From the human T2T-CHM13v2.0 reference genome, Homo sapiens: a stretch of DNA of 64,000 bases. Location of the stretch: the NCBI RefSeq assembly GCF_009914755.1, contig NC_060947.1. One strand, written 5' to 3'. Under the pieces are notes generated by a model that had not been told where the DNA came from, did no database searches, and saw nothing but the letters and a program-made list of their open reading frames with translations. Each line of letters starts with the position of its first letter. The stretch's first letter is position 1. The position numbers were made by a program, and so were the translations under genes. Below are positions 30,705 through 47,919 of the stretch, in pieces.

Positions 30705-30776
30705 CTGTTCCCTCTTTGCCTTCTGCCATGAGTAGAAGCTTCCTGAGTCCTCACCAGATGCAGATGCTGGTGTCAT
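30705..30776 (-). CDS. ZNF182: ZNF182 alternative start exon, LTR-derived (MTPASASGEDSGSFYSWQKAKREQ); exon probably starts at 30798
   Basis: ATG at 30776; phase-0 donor CAG|gtatgt; joined to downstream exons gives 639 aa, matching my recollection of the canonical ZNF182 N-terminus. Confidence 0.75.
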
Positions 30777-31326
30777 GCTTCTTGTACAGCTTGCAGGACT
30801 GTGAGCCAAATAAACCACTTTTCTTTATAACTTTTTTTTTCTAAAGAAAATGTTCAGAAAATTATAGGGATGTCTCAAAACGACACAAAAGCCAGCTTAA
30901 AGGGACTCTCACTGGCCAACTCAGGGACAACTGAGCATCGAAATAAATAATGACAGTAATATTCACTGACTAAAATAAAAACCCATAAAAATAAAAATTT
31001 TCTATACCAGATTATAAATAAATAAAGGAGATAAAGAAGGTCTGCCTCATAGTAAAATGACAATAAATACAGAAGAAATAATAAGAGTTAGAAAATTGTC
31101 ATTTGGCACCCATCACAATAACTGATTCAGGCAAGATTAATCAATGGATAATAATACTAATTGGTGAAAAGTTTGATGAAGAATGGGACAATTATGTAAC
31201 CTCAAAGTATCATCCACAAATTAGTTATTAATTACAAAGGAAAAATAGTAATGTTACAGCACAGAAACGTGGTTAGTGAGAGAAACAAGTGATCAAAGTT
31301 AATATCATAAAAAATGAGACAAATTG

Positions 31327-31666
<340 letters not shown>

Positions 31667-33213
31667 TCACTTACATTTTTTTCCTACCAGAAATGCATGA
31701 CCTCAATCAAACCATGAGGAATCTAAAGTGAGGGACGTTCTACAATACGGATGGCCTATGTGCTTTAAAAATGTCACAGACATGAAAAACAAAGAAATGC
31801 TGAGGAAGTCTTCCAGATTAAAATATAAAGAATATACACTGCATAATAGTATTATATCAATGTTAACTTTCTGAGTGTGTTCAGTGTAATTTAATGATAT
31901 AGGAGAATGTCCTTGCTCTTAAGAAATTGAGGAGGCCAGCTCCTGGCTAAAACTCTATGTGTGATTTTTAATTATTAAGGCCTGACCAATGACAATTACA
32001 AAGACTTCAGCTGTCAGGCTTTGTAGGAGAAATCTGCCCCCACATCAGACTTGGAATATATAGCCAGAACGTTATAATCTCTAAAGAGACTGGCCAGCCC
32101 CACTCTTACAAATATCTGTATTCCTAGGCCAGGCACCTTCACTGGAGAATGATGATCATTAATTCAAATTTCTAGGTTTGTTCATGCCATTCCTGCTGAT
32201 TATTGAGCCAGAGTAGCCTTCATCAGGAGGTCAGGTCAACTAGTCCACAACAAAATCCAAATCATAGCTGACAAATTCTCAGGCATTAAAAAAAACAGCA
32301 ACTGACAAAATAATAAAAATTAATCACCAACATCTACAAATATATTTTTGTTGATATCTACAATATCAATAAAAATACAAATCAGGCACCCTCCCCTAAA
32401 TAATATGGGCAAGAGCCTTCCTCCAAAAATCCGCGTCTGGTTACTCAATAACGGGGTCTCTAAGAGACTGACGGGCTTCTCACTAAAAAATTAATGGACA
32501 GGTACTGGGCTACACAGGGCTCAACATACAGCCTCATTAGGGTCTGCACAGTGATGACTAACATAAAGACTATCTGAAGTGGGTAGCAGGAGTAAGCTGT
32601 CATTATGCTATTGTGTCTGCCATTAACTCTCAAACTGTCACCCCCAAAATAAATGCATACATATGTGTGTATGCAGACACACACATACACATATACATAC
32701 AGAAATAAAGTAAAAATAAATGTGGGAAAAGGTCAAAAATTGGTGAATCTAGATGAAAGCTATATAATCATTCATTGAACTATTCTCGCAGCTTCTCTAT
32801 AGGAAGTGGCTAGCACATGTGTAAATTTGGTCAACCTCATTAATAAATAAATGAAAATGAGCAATCATCCATCAATTATATGATTGGCAAGGTATAAAAA
32901 CACTGATAATATATGCTTGTGGGGACAATATTCAGAAACAAGCATTCTGTTGCACTCTTGGTGACAGCATGACCTTGTTAAGCCTTTTTAGAAGAGAATT
33001 TGGCAAGTCCTGTTAAAAATTAAAACAATTTCTTCATTTCAGAAATTCCAGTTATAGGAATCTGTCCTACAGAAATGTCTCCACAAGAATACAGACATGC
33101 ACATTCATTCCCTTCCTAACTCTCTGTGATAAAACAAAAGTGGAAGCACCCCAAAATTCTATCAATAAGGGAACAAATAAAAGAAAAATGATGGTTTATG
33201 CTTGAATTATAAT

Positions 33214-33612
33214 TGTTATGGGTTGAATTATGTCCCCCCAAAATTCGTATGTTGAAATCCTAACCCCCAATGTGACTATATGTAGAGGGAGAGTCTTTAA
33301 GGAGGTAATTAAGGTTAAATAAGGCCATAAGGGTAGGTTCCTCATCCAAGAGGACTGGTGTCCTTATAAGAAGAGAAAAAGACACCAGAGGTCCCTCTCT
33401 CTCTCTCTGCACCCAAAGAAGATAGGCCATGTGAGGCCACAGCGAGAAGACAGCCCTCAGCAAGCCAGGAAGAGCAGCCTCACCAGAAGCCAACCCTACT
33501 GGTGCCTTGATCCTGGACTTCCAGCCTCCACAGCTGTGAGAACACAGATTTCTGTTGTTTAAACCACCCAATCTCTGGTATTTTGTAATGGCAGCCTGAA
33601 ATGACTAATACA
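33214..33612 (+). mobile_element. MLT1B/C solo LTR
   Basis: tgttatgggttgaattatgtccccccaaaattcgtatgttgaaatcc...gactaataca. Confidence 0.85.
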
Positions 33613-34401
33613 ATAATCTTCCGCAACTGTTAAGAAGGAAAAGGTGACCACACTTTGGTTACTCATTTGATGAGTATTTGTTAAATTACCACACTGAGTG
33701 AAAACCACGAGGTGGCAAACTATACTTACAAGCCTTCCTTGTTCCATATAAATGGATATTAGATAGAAATGGTAGACTTCTAGTCCTGACATGATGGCAC
33801 AGACTCCTCTTTCCCTGCTCTTCCCCACTAAGTACAACTATAAACCCTGAAAGTGATGCAAGAGACAACCAAAAGAGGACTCTGAAAGGAGGAAAGTGGA
33901 AAGCACACAGGTTAGGGACCCAAGGACTTAAACAGTGGCAGGACATCTTATGATCCCCCCACCCCAACAACGGAAGGCAACCCAGGCCTGTGTCTCTAAA
34001 CCCCCAACCTAGCAACAGAACACAGCCTAGGTAGTCTCTGTCTTCCCCCAAATCAGCAGGAGTCCTTCCAACAACACCAGACAAGCCTGTGACACCAGCA
34101 AAGGAGATTAATCTGGAGCCTTGCTGACAATAAGCAGCCACCGGAAGTGCTTCTTCTTCTCCACTGAGCCTGAGACTTCCTTCCCCTATCTAGACACTCC
34201 CTCTCCACTTCAAGACACCTGGCAGTCAGGTAGGACGGCAGGGGGATCCCCACACAACAAGCACCCAGCCAGGAAATGTTCTTCATCCCTGCTGGCCAAA
34301 AAATTGGCTCTCTCACCCAAAGAACAGACACCATGCAGATGCAGCAGGGGAAAATCTGGACACAACAGGCACCCAGCCAAGGAAGCACTGTTTGTCCCCT
34401 G

Positions 34402-35225
34402 TGTAGTGAATTCCTGGAATTTTATGTTGCTTTAGCATCCACTTTGAATATAAGTTGGACTTTCTCAAACAAGAAGCAGGACTCAGTCACCTTTGACACA
34501 GTCTCCAGTCCTCCATCTCCTCCCTGTTCCTAAATGTGGTCGACTCAGATATCAGCCTTATATAACCACCTACTGGTGACCACCTCCCTAGGGGACAGCT
34601 AGACACAACCCACTTGACTCGCCCCTCTGATCCCCACACCCCACATGGACTGCACAGATATGCCACACTGACCACCTTCCAGTCACAGCGTGACTCCATG
34701 GAACTTGCACCTGCTTGCTCCAAACCCATCAGTTAAAACTCTCCATGAAAAGGCTTCACCCCACAGGTCTGTCCCCCCGTGCCCCTCTCTGTCCCCACTC
34801 GCTGGCTGAGCACATGTGTCATGGTCAGCTCTCTGTGTCCCGTTGGCCCTGTGAGGTGTGCTGCCCTCTTCCGTCTGGACCTGTGAGGAATGTGCTACCT
34901 CCGTGACTTTCTGTGTTCTGTTGAGTTGCCTCCTCTGTGTCTCACCTGCCCCACACACCCAAACCTAACTTCTCTCCCAGTCAGGGCTCTCCTAGAGAGT
35001 GGCTATCTTGGTAGGAATAAGCTTGACCCAGATCAGACAAGAGCCACAAGGGTGTCTGCCAGAATAAACAGGTTTCCTGGGAGAGGGACACCTGGTCATG
35101 GGTCAGACACAGGCACTAAGCTGCTCACCAGAATAAAGAATTCTCTGAAAGGCACATTTGTAAACACCCACAACCACATTCCCTGGTGCCCCACCAGGAT
35201 GGGGTTAGAATTTAAAGCCAAGCAC
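34402..35225 (+). mobile_element. ERVL LTR, MER54-like
   Basis: tgtagtgaattcc...ttttatgttgc...gcatccactttgaata...agaagcaggactcagtcacc matches recalled MER54 start. Confidence 0.55.
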
Positions 35226-35234
35226 ATTATTAGA

Positions 35235-35750
35235 AGGTTAGAACTTTCAGGCCCACCCCCAGACCTCTAGGGAGGGAACAGGGGCTACAGACTGAGTTAA
35301 TCACCAATGCCCAATGATTTAATCAATCATGCCCATGTTATGGAACTGCCATAGAAACCTCTCAATGGCAGGGTTAGGGAGCTTCTGGTTCAGTGAACAC
35401 ACTGTGTTGGGAGGGCGGCACACCCAGAGAGGGCACAGAAGGAAACCCTGTACCCTCCCATGCCTTGCTCTGTAGAACTCTTCCATTTGACTGTTCCTGA
35501 GTTGTATCCACCATAATAAACTAATAATCATAAGTGCTTTCCTGAGTTCTGTGAGTTGTTCTAACAAATTACTGAACCTGAAGGGTACATGAGAATCTCT
35601 GAATTTGTAGTCAACCAGGCAGAAACACAGGTAGCCTGGGCACCCCACTCGTGGCTGGCATCTGAAGTGGAGGTAGTCTTGTGGGAATGAGCCCTTAACT
35701 TGGAGGTTCTGCACTAATTCTAGTACCTATGTAGGAATTTGAGGAGGACA
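35235..35750 (+). mobile_element. MER21-type LTR
   Basis: gagttaatcaccaatgcccaatgatttaatcaatcatgcc...ttcctgagttctgtgagttgttctaac. Confidence 0.65.
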
Positions 35751-36806
35751 CAATTCAGCCCAGTAACAATTTACAAAGATTTAAAGCAGCCAACACAAAA
35801 ATGCTCCCATGATTACAAGTTCTTCTGAGATAAAAACAAAATCTCAGCAAAGAAACAGAAGTTATAAAACAGAGAACAAAATGGAGATTATAGAACCAAA
35901 AAATACAACAAGCAAATAAAAACTCACTGAATGAGATCAATAGTTTAGTGGTGATGACAAAGGACAGAATTAGTGAACCTGAGAAAAGATCAATAGAATT
36001 TACTCAATCTGAAAAACAAGAAAAAGAAAACTGAAAAAAAAAATGAACAGAATCTCAGGGATACATGGGACTATAACAGAAGATCCAAATTCATATCATT
36101 GCCATTCCAGAAGGAGATGAGGAGAAACAGAAGGTGGTAACAAGAGTATTTGAAGAAATAATACCTGAAAACTTCCCAAATTTGGCAAAAGACATAAACC
36201 TACAGATTCAAGAAGCTGACCAAATCCCTAATTCATGCCAAGCCATGGCAAAATTAAGCTTCTGAAAACTACAGAAACAGAAAAAATTTTGAAAGCAACC
36301 AGAGAAAAACAATGCATTACCTATAGGTAAAAAATCAAAACAAAAAATAAACAACAACAACAAAAAAACAATTTGAATGATAGCAGATTTCTCAACAAAA
36401 ACCATGGAGGCTAGAAAAAAGTAGCATAATATTTTTCAGGTGCTAACAAAAAGGGACTGTCTACCACCAATTCTATATCTGGCAAAGTTATCCTTCAGGA
36501 ATGAAGGGGAAATTAAGACATTTCAGGTGAAGGAAAACTGAAAGAATTTGTCTCTGGCAGACCTACTCTTAAGAAAATGCCTAAAGGAAGTTCTTCTAAC
36601 ACAAGGGAAGTGATAAAAGAATGAATCTCAAAGCACCAAGAAAGAACCAGGAACAACAGAGAGGAAAAATGACCAATTCGATATAAATACATAGGGAGGA
36701 GAAAGGGAATCAGAGGAAGGGGTGGAAAGAGAAAGAATGAGAGACAAACTTCCCTAGGGACATTTAGCAAACTGTGAAGATGAGTCCCCTTCTCTCCAGA
36801 GGGTGA

Positions 36807-37648
<842 letters not shown>

Positions 37649-38795
37649 TTACCTAATCCCAAAAATAGAAAAAACACTGCAGAAACATGAACAGATTCTG
37701 GGACCTCTGGGACAATACCAAAAGGTCCAAAATTCATGCCATCAGAGTTCCAGAAGGAGAGGAGAAAGAGGATAGTACAGAAAAATATCTGGAAGAAATA
37801 ATTCCTGAACACTTCCCCAAATTTGGCAAAAGACAAAAATCTATATGTTCAAGAGGCTCAGCAAGTCCAAAACAGGATAACCCCAAAGAAATCCACACTC
37901 AGACACATTATCACCAAACTGCTGAAAACTAAGGACAAGTGAAAAACAACATATTATTTACAGGAGAACAACTATTTAAATGACTGTGGATTTCTCATGA
38001 GAAACCAGGGTGTGCAGAAGAAGTGGAACAGCATTGTGAAAGTTCCAAAAGAAAACAACAGTCCACTGAAAAATCTATATGCAGTAAAAATCTCCTTCAG
38101 AAATGAAGGTGAAAGAAGACATTCTCAAGGAAGGAAAACCAAGACTATGTTGCCAGCAGACTTGCTCTGAAACAACTGCCAAAGGCAGTTCTTCATAACA
38201 GGCAATTGATATCAGAAGGAAACTTAAGATTGTGAACAATGAAGGAAGAACATCAAAGTGGTAAAAATCTGGGTAAATAGAATAGATTATCCTTGAGTTC
38301 TTTAAAATACATTTGACAGTTGGAAGAGAAATAACATTTTCTGGTAGAAATTTCAATGTATGTGAAAGTAATATTAATACATAAGACAACAAAAACATAA
38401 AGGGGAGAGGGAAAAGGGACTTATAAGATGGTAAGGTTCACACACTCCATTTAAAGAGGTAAAATATTGATGCTAAGCATGTTGTGTAAACTTAAATATA
38501 TATGGTAATTTGCAGGGCAACCACCAAAAAAAAAACTATGTAACTCTGTAAATAGATATAGTAAAAAACACAATAGACAAATAAAAATGTAATCTAAGAA
38601 AATGTTCAAATAACCCAAAAGAAGGCAGAAAATGAGAAACAAAGGAATAAAAAGGGAGAAAAACCAGAAAACAAATAATAAAGTGGTAAATACCTAAATC
38701 CAAGAGTATCAATAATTGCATTAAATGTCAATGGACTGAATGTACCAATTAAAAGGAAGAAGTTTTCAAAATGGATTAAAAAAATATTACCCAAC

Positions 38796-39192
38796 TGTTA
38801 TGGACTGAATTGTACTCCCACTCCACAAATTCATACATTGAAGCCCCAACCTGCAATGTGACTGTATTTAGAGACTGGGCCTTTATAAAGGCAATTAAGG
38901 TTAAATGAGGTCATAAGGGTGGGGCCCTAACCCAGCAGAACTGGTGTACATATAAGAGAAATGGACATCAGAGCTTGCTCTCTGTGTGTGTGAGCAGAGG
39001 AAAGGCCATGGGAGGGCACAGCAAGAAGGTGGCCATCTGCAAGCCAGAAAGAGTGCCCGAGGCTAAAACCAAATCAGTCAGTACCTTAATCTGGGACTTC
39101 CCAGCTTCTGGAACTGTGAGAAAATTAATTTATGTTGTTTAACCCACCCAATCTATGGTACTTTGTTATGGCAGCCCGAGCAGACTAATATA
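38796..39192 (+). mobile_element. MLT1A/B solo LTR
   Basis: tgttatggactgaattg...aaggtggccatctgcaagcca...gcagactaata. Confidence 0.8.
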
Positions 39193-39223
39193 CCCAGCTA
39201 CATGCTGTCTAAAAGAATATACT

Positions 39224-39511
<288 letters not shown>

Positions 39512-39689
39512 CACAACATACTTCAAATATAATAATACAGGTGGGATAGAAGTAAGAATGGAAAAAAGTACACCATTGAAATACTAACCAAAGAAGACTG
39601 GAGTGACCATATTTAATAACAGCCAAAGTAGACTTCAGAGCCAAAACTCATCCAGGATAATGAATGACATAAGGATAAAAAAATTCACC

Positions 39690-39980
39690 GGCCAGGCACA
39701 GTGGCTCACACTTGTAATCCCAGCACTTTGGGAGGCCGAGGCGGGCAGATCACTTGAGGCCAGGAGTTCAAGACCAGCCTGGCCAACATGGCAAAACCCC
39801 GTCTCTACTAAAATACAAAAATTAGCTGGGCGTGGTGGTAGGCACATGTAACCCCAGCTACTTAGGAGGCTGAGGCAGGAGAATCACCTGAAACCGGGAG
39901 GGGGAGGTTGCTGTGAGCCAAGATTGCACCACTACGCTCCAGCCTGGGTGACAGAGCAAGACTCCATCTCAAAAAAAAGA
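39690..39980 (+). mobile_element. AluS
   Basis: Full dimer; TSD aattcacc. Confidence 0.9.
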
Positions 39981-40249
39981 ATTAATTAATTCACCAAAAA
40001 GATACAACACTCCTAAAAGTGTATGCATCTAACAACAGAGCTTCAAAATATATGAAGGGAAACTGATGCAACTGACAGGAGAAACAGGCAAATCTGCAAT
40101 AATAACTGTATACTCAATACTCTTTTCTCAGTAACTGATAGAACCAGTAGACAGAAAATCAGCAAGAATATAGAACTAAACACCATCAACCAACTGTATG
40201 CAATTGAGATATACAAAACACGCCACTATAAAACAACAGAATATACATT

Positions 40250-40437
40250 CTTTTCTTTTCTCTTTTTTTTTTTTTTTGAGACAGAGTCTCGCTCTGTTGC
40301 CCAGGCTAGAGTGCAATCAATGGCGTGATCTTGGCTCACTGCAACCTCCGCCTCCTGTGTTCAAGCAATTCTCCTGCCTCAGCCTCCCGAGTAGCTGGGA
40401 CTACAGGCACGTGCCACCACACCTAGCTAATTTTTTA
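40250..40437 (-). mobile_element. Alu right arm
   Basis: polyT-gagacagagtctcgctctgttgcccagg...cacacctagctaatttt. Confidence 0.88.
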
Positions 40438-40452
40438 TATACATTCTTTTCA

Positions 40453-41051
<599 letters not shown>

Positions 41052-41275
41052 GAATCACCATATGATGCAGTAATATCACTCCTGGGTATACATCCAAAGG
41101 ATCTGAAATTAGGATGTCAAGGAGATATCTACAATCCCATGTTTATTGCAGCATTATTTGCAACAGTCAAGTTATGGAATCAACCTCAGTTTCCATCAGT
41201 GGATGAACAGATAAAGAAAATGTGGCATATATACACAATGGAATATCATTCAGCCTTTAAAAAGAAGGAAATTCA

Positions 41276-41555
41276 GGCCGGGAGCGGTGGCTCATGCCTA
41301 TAGTCCCAGCACTTAGGGAGGCCAAGGCAGGCAGATCACCTGAGGTCAGGAGTTCAAGACCAGTCTGGCCAACATGGTGAAACCCCGCCTCTACTAAAAA
41401 TACAATAATTAGCCAGGCGTGGTGGCAGGTGCCTGTAATCCCAACTACTCAGCAGGCTGGGGCAGGAGAATCACTTGAACCTGGGAGGCGGAAGTTGCAA
41501 TGAGCCAAGCAGCCTGGGTGACAAAGCAAGACTCCATCTCAAAAAAAAAAAAAAA
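41276..41555 (+). mobile_element. AluS (small internal deletion)
   Basis: TSD aaaaagaaggaaattc. Confidence 0.92.
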
Positions 41556-41933
41556 GAAGGAAATTCTGCCATTTGCAACAATGGATGAACCTGGGGGACA
41601 TTATCCTAAGTAAAATAAGCCAGGTACAGAAAGATAAATACTGCCTGTGCTCACTCATATGTAGAAGCTTAAAAAATTCTTCTCATACAAGTAGAGTTGT
41701 TCTCATAGAAGACCAGTGGTTACTAGAGGCAGGGAAGGGTTGGGGGGTGGGTAGCCAAAGGTTGGTTAACAGATACAGAAGTACAGCTGGATAGGAGGAA
41801 TAAGTTCTAGCATTCAACAACACTGTAGGGTGACCATAATTAACAACAATTTAGTGCATATTTTCAAATAGCTAGAAATTTTTGAATGTTCTCAATACTA
41901 AGAAATAAATGTTTGAGATGGATATGCTAATTA

Positions 41934-42329
<396 letters not shown>

Positions 42330-42380
42330 TTAAATAATAAAATAATAAAGCAAAAAAAAATTCTCAACAATTGGGGTTAG

Positions 42381-42773
<393 letters not shown>

Positions 42774-44771
42774 CTAAATGTAAAATCTAAAACTATAAAA
42801 TTATACAATAGGAGAAAATCTTCATGACCTAGTGTTAGGCAAAGTTCTTAGACATGACACCAAGGGCATGATCCATAAATAAATGATTCATAAATTGGAA
42901 ATTTTCCAAATTAAAAATTCTTGCTCTGCAAACAACAATGTTATGAGAGGAAAAGGACAAGCAATACACTTGGAGAAAACATTTACAAACCATGTATCTG
43001 ACAAAGGACCTGTGTAAAGGATATATAAAGAACTCTTAAAACTCAACAGCAAGAAAATCCAATTGAAAAATGGGCGGAAACTTTTGAACAGACATTCATC
43101 AAGAGGATAGACCAAAAATAAATAAGCATATATAAAGATGCTTAACATCTTTAACCATTAAGGAAATGCAAATTAAAATCATTATGAGATAAATGACTAC
43201 ATAAAAAATACTGACAATACCAAGTACTGACAAAAATATGGAACAATTGGAACTCATACATTGCTAGGAGAAATGAAAAATGGTTCAACCACTCTAGAAA
43301 ATAATTTGGCAGATTCCTAAAAAGTTAAACATACACTTACCATATGACCTAGTAATCCAATATTTACTCCACAGAAATGAAAACCTATGTTCACACAAAA
43401 CCCTGTGCATGATTGTTTAAAGTAGCTCTACTCATAATTGCCAAAAACTGGAAATAACGCAAATGTCTTTCAACAGGTGAATGGATAAATACACTGTGGT
43501 ACATTTATACCATGGACTACTATTCAGCAATAACAAAGAAACAACTACTGACACACACAACTTTGATGAATCTCCAGGGAATTGTGCTGAGTGGAAACAA
43601 ACAAACAAATCCCAAAAGGTCACATACCATACGATCCATTTCTATTACATTCCTGAAATGACAAAATTCCCAAAACAGAAAACAGATTTGTAGCTGCCAA
43701 GAGTTTAGGAATGGGTATGGGGGAGGAAGGGCAGTGGCTGTGGCTATAAGGGACAATTTGAGGGATCCTTGCGATGATGGGGCTTGATCATATCAATGTC
43801 AACATCCTGACTTTGATATTGTACTATGGTTTTTGCAGGATGTTATCATTGGGGGAACCTAGGAAAAGAGTACACAGGATTTCTCTGTATTATTCTTTCA
43901 ATTGCATGTAAATCAATCATCTCAGAAAGAAAAGGTTACATAATACATGACACCTCACTTATATGACATTCTTGAAAAGACAAAACTACAGTGACACAGA
44001 ACAGACCTACCGCTGCCTGAGGTTACAGGTTGGGGAAGACATGACTATTAACAGAGTAGCATGAAGGAGTTTTTTTGGGGTGATGAAACTATTATCTATC
44101 CTATAGATTAGTTACACCAATCTAACAAAAATCAATTTCACTGTATGTTAATTTAAAAAATAAAAATGTTTAAAGTGAAAGAAAAAATATGGTGGGCTGC
44201 AGGTATCTGAAAAAATTTTGTCTCTTGGACAAAAGATAATTCAAAGTCCGACTAAGAAATTGCTTCAGGAAAATCATTGGAAAGACAAGCAGGTTCCCTA
44301 AGAGATTTCATTCCCAAGTTACATTTTGACATGATGTCTCCAGCTCACTGAGGAAAGCTGTAGCACATATCTGCAGGAAAGCATTTGTCACCAGGCTGTG
44401 GTTGAGGGCAACTGCACTATCCACATGAAGACCCAGCAAAGAAATACCTTTAAACACAATTCCAGGCAACCTTGACTTCCCATGAAGGCTGTGTGCTCTC
44501 TCCTGATGAGTAAGGTGAGCCAAGGTACTGGTTATGTTTCCCTTTGGCTACCAGAAGGCTCAAAGAGAAACTGACAGCCCAACATCAATATCTGTTACAC
44601 CCTGAGTCCTGCACACCTCTACATTCTAATTTGGCCTTGATCTGTTGTCTCTTATTTTGCCTGATCCAATCCTTATTTACAAATACTTTCCTATTTTATG
44701 GCAGGGATTTCCACATATTTCGTCACATCCACAGTAAAATAGAGGAATGAAGAAACAGACAACATACTTAC

Positions 44772-44786
44772 CTGGGGTTTGGCCAT
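44772..44786 (-). CDS. ZNF182: ZNF182 start-codon exon (MAKPQ); whole exon 44772-44830
   Basis: Acceptor cttgttccag|CTC; gaaATGG; phase-0 donor CAG|gtaagt, typical KZFP start exon; gives a 620-aa isoform. Confidence 0.85.
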
Positions 44787-45589
44787 TTCCTGCTCTTCTT
44801 GGGAAAAAGCAGAGATGTGTGACGGCCGAGCTGGAACAAGTGGAGAAGAGTACAGCAGATGAGGAGACCCCATCAGACTTTCAGTGCCCAGAATTAGCTG
44901 CCTAGCAATCCCCTCACATCAGCTGGCCATCAGACTGCTCTCTGGAAGAGTCTGGGCAACCATGTGATTTTAACAATCTGTGTATTATTCACTCTTCATG
45001 TGAACATTGAACACAAAAGGTTTTATATACACATATATTAAATTGTGTACTGACCCATAAAGTGTATTTGTAGGTATTTTCCTTAAGGAAATAATTTATC
45101 ATAATGTATCATAATTTCTCTGCACGTACCCACGTCTCAGCATTGATTTCAATAATGCCAAACTTAAACGATCCTCTATGACCCATAAGGGATTAATAAT
45201 AACAAAATATAAAAGATAAAATGCTACAAAGCTGTTAAAAGCGTTATATGGAACTGTACAGTATCTATGCACTTTGTGGTATATGTATCTCAACTAAACG
45301 TTTTTAAAAGGTGTACAAAAAAATCCTAAGGTGAATTACAAAGTAGGTTTTAAAACTGCGGGAATCCATTTTAAAGTTATATGTTAAATGTTTAAAAGGC
45401 ATACCCCTATACACACCAAAAATGTCTAAAAACGGACATTTAAATGTGTGGGGGAAGAATTAGTTCCTGTTGATTTTCTTTTTCTCTATTTCAGAATTAA
45501 TCTATATATTCAAATGTTATTTATTAAATGCCAAAAAAAACTACACTCTAAAACTATTATCCCAATTACATTTTACCCCCATCTCCCTC

Positions 45590-46730
45590 AGACCCCGCAC
45601 CTACCCCTCCTCCCACGCCCCCAACTTGGGCGAGGCCCGGGGTCAGGTGAGACCTCGCAGGTGCCTCTCCTTCCTTCTGCTCACCTCACCGGGGCCGCCT
45701 TGCCCAGAAGCCGGAAAGAGGCCTTCGGGTGCGGGGGTGCAGGTTCACTTCGGCCGGAGCATTCACACCAGGCCCCCACCTCGGGGCTTGGGCAAGGGGA
45801 GAGGGCAGAGGGAGAAGCGGGGCGCGTCTAAAGAGGGGTCTGAGGGATGCGCATGAACCTTTAGGGGCAGGTCACTGTGCTGGAAAACGTGTAAAAGTCA
45901 AAGTTTAATAAGCCCCATTTAATCCTGCTTAGCCCCCATAACTTTGTTCACCAGTGAGCCCCTAGAACCTCGTCCACTGACCTCTCGGTCCCCCATCACT
46001 CAACCCCCAACTCCCACTTCACTCATCCCACAGAACTCCCCATCACTCAGCCCACGACCCCTAGCACTTGCCCCCTCAACCTCACTCTCTCTCGATAACA
46101 GATTTTCTGCTCGCTGCTCAGGAGACCGTTACAAAGCCTGGCCCCAACAAGCACTTCCGCTTCGGGACCGACTCTTTGGCACCGCAGCCTAAAGGGCTGC
46201 AGGGGTCGGTTCTGCGCACGCTCAGTGGCGCCTTTGAGACCCCGTCCGCCAATAGTCAACATGGGGCCGCAGCGCAGGCGCAGAGGGAAGGTAGCCTTGC
46301 CGGTGACGTCACTGCTCCAGGCCAGATGGCCGTGCCCACCGTGTCCTTTTGCTGCTGGGGCTGCGTCGCAAAGCGGTTGTTTACTTAGTTATGCAGAGGC
46401 AGGCACTCCTAAGACTTCAGACACCAATTTTCTTACGGCAGGGCGGGGAGGGGAAGTGCCCAACTAAGGAAAAGATTCTAGCAGGCGGCAATTTCGCACT
46501 TTGAACTTGGAGGGCAGCAACAGAGTTGCAGGTGTAAAATAACGGGAAGGCGGGATGCGTGGCTAAATTGCTCTGCGTGCACAAAGAGTAGGAGGTAGGG
46601 AAAAGCCACTGGCTTCATCCAGTGGCCAGGACTGGGAGTTTACGTTGTAGCGTTTGAAGGACGGTGGGTCGGTATGCAGACAAACAAGCTGAAAAATAAA
46701 CGGCGATGTGGGACACACACACCGGGGGTG
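45590..46730. promoter_or_regulatory. CpG-island bidirectional promoter (ZNF182 minus / SPACA5-direction plus)
   Basis: High CpG density; ETS cacttccg 46152-46159, CCAAT 46249-46253, NRF1 gcgcaggcgca 46272-46282, CRE tgacgtca 46304-46311, GC box 46441-46448. Confidence 0.8.
45685..45786 (-). other. ZNF182: Candidate non-coding 5' exon of ZNF182
   Basis: Pyrimidine tract ctctccccttgcccaag and tandem donors gtgag/gtgagc. Confidence 0.4.
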
Positions 46731-46858
46731 AAGGGGTATATTAAGTGGTGGCTAACAGGTTGCTTTTTCTGGATGAGTAGACAGTGTCAGTGTGTTGGGA
46801 GTGTAGGGGGTGTAGGCTGGGGCCAGGTGCTGTAGGGCCTCCTTGGCCAGGGAGCTCA

Positions 46859-47337
<479 letters not shown>

Positions 47338-47919
47338 TCACATCTGTTGCTCCCTGACACATCAGCACCTCCTGGGTATACAATTTATCCACTCTCTCAA
47401 TGCATTAGGAGGTAGAAAATAGAAAGGGCTGGTCCTTTAGGGCCCATCAAGTGTCGCCCCTTCTAGCACCTAAACGTCATCTCCAACCACCTTGTACACA
47501 CACACCTACACAAAGGAGGAAATCTTTTAGGGTTGGTGGGAGTTGGGGGGCAGAGGAGCCAGTGATACAGCCCCTCAGAAACTATCCGAGGGCCCACAGT
47601 GTGCATGCACAAGCTATGTGAGGCTAACTTTGCTGCTGCAGAGCGAGGACTCCCACTCTCTGTCCTGGGTATCCTCTACCATCATTCCCTACAGGTGTGA
47701 CCTCCTCATACAGTAACCTAAGCAGCAGGTGGCTAGGTGAAGGAGAGTGAGAAGCTGACAGGTGGCTGGTCCCACCACAGAGTCTGCATGATATGACATT
47801 CCCACCCAAAGACAATGAGAGAAGCCCCCACGTGGCTGGCGAGTCATCATTACAATTGCTCTTATGATACATTTTATCAAGACCACAAAAACCTTGCCAA
47901 TTGTGAGCGGTCATTTTGG

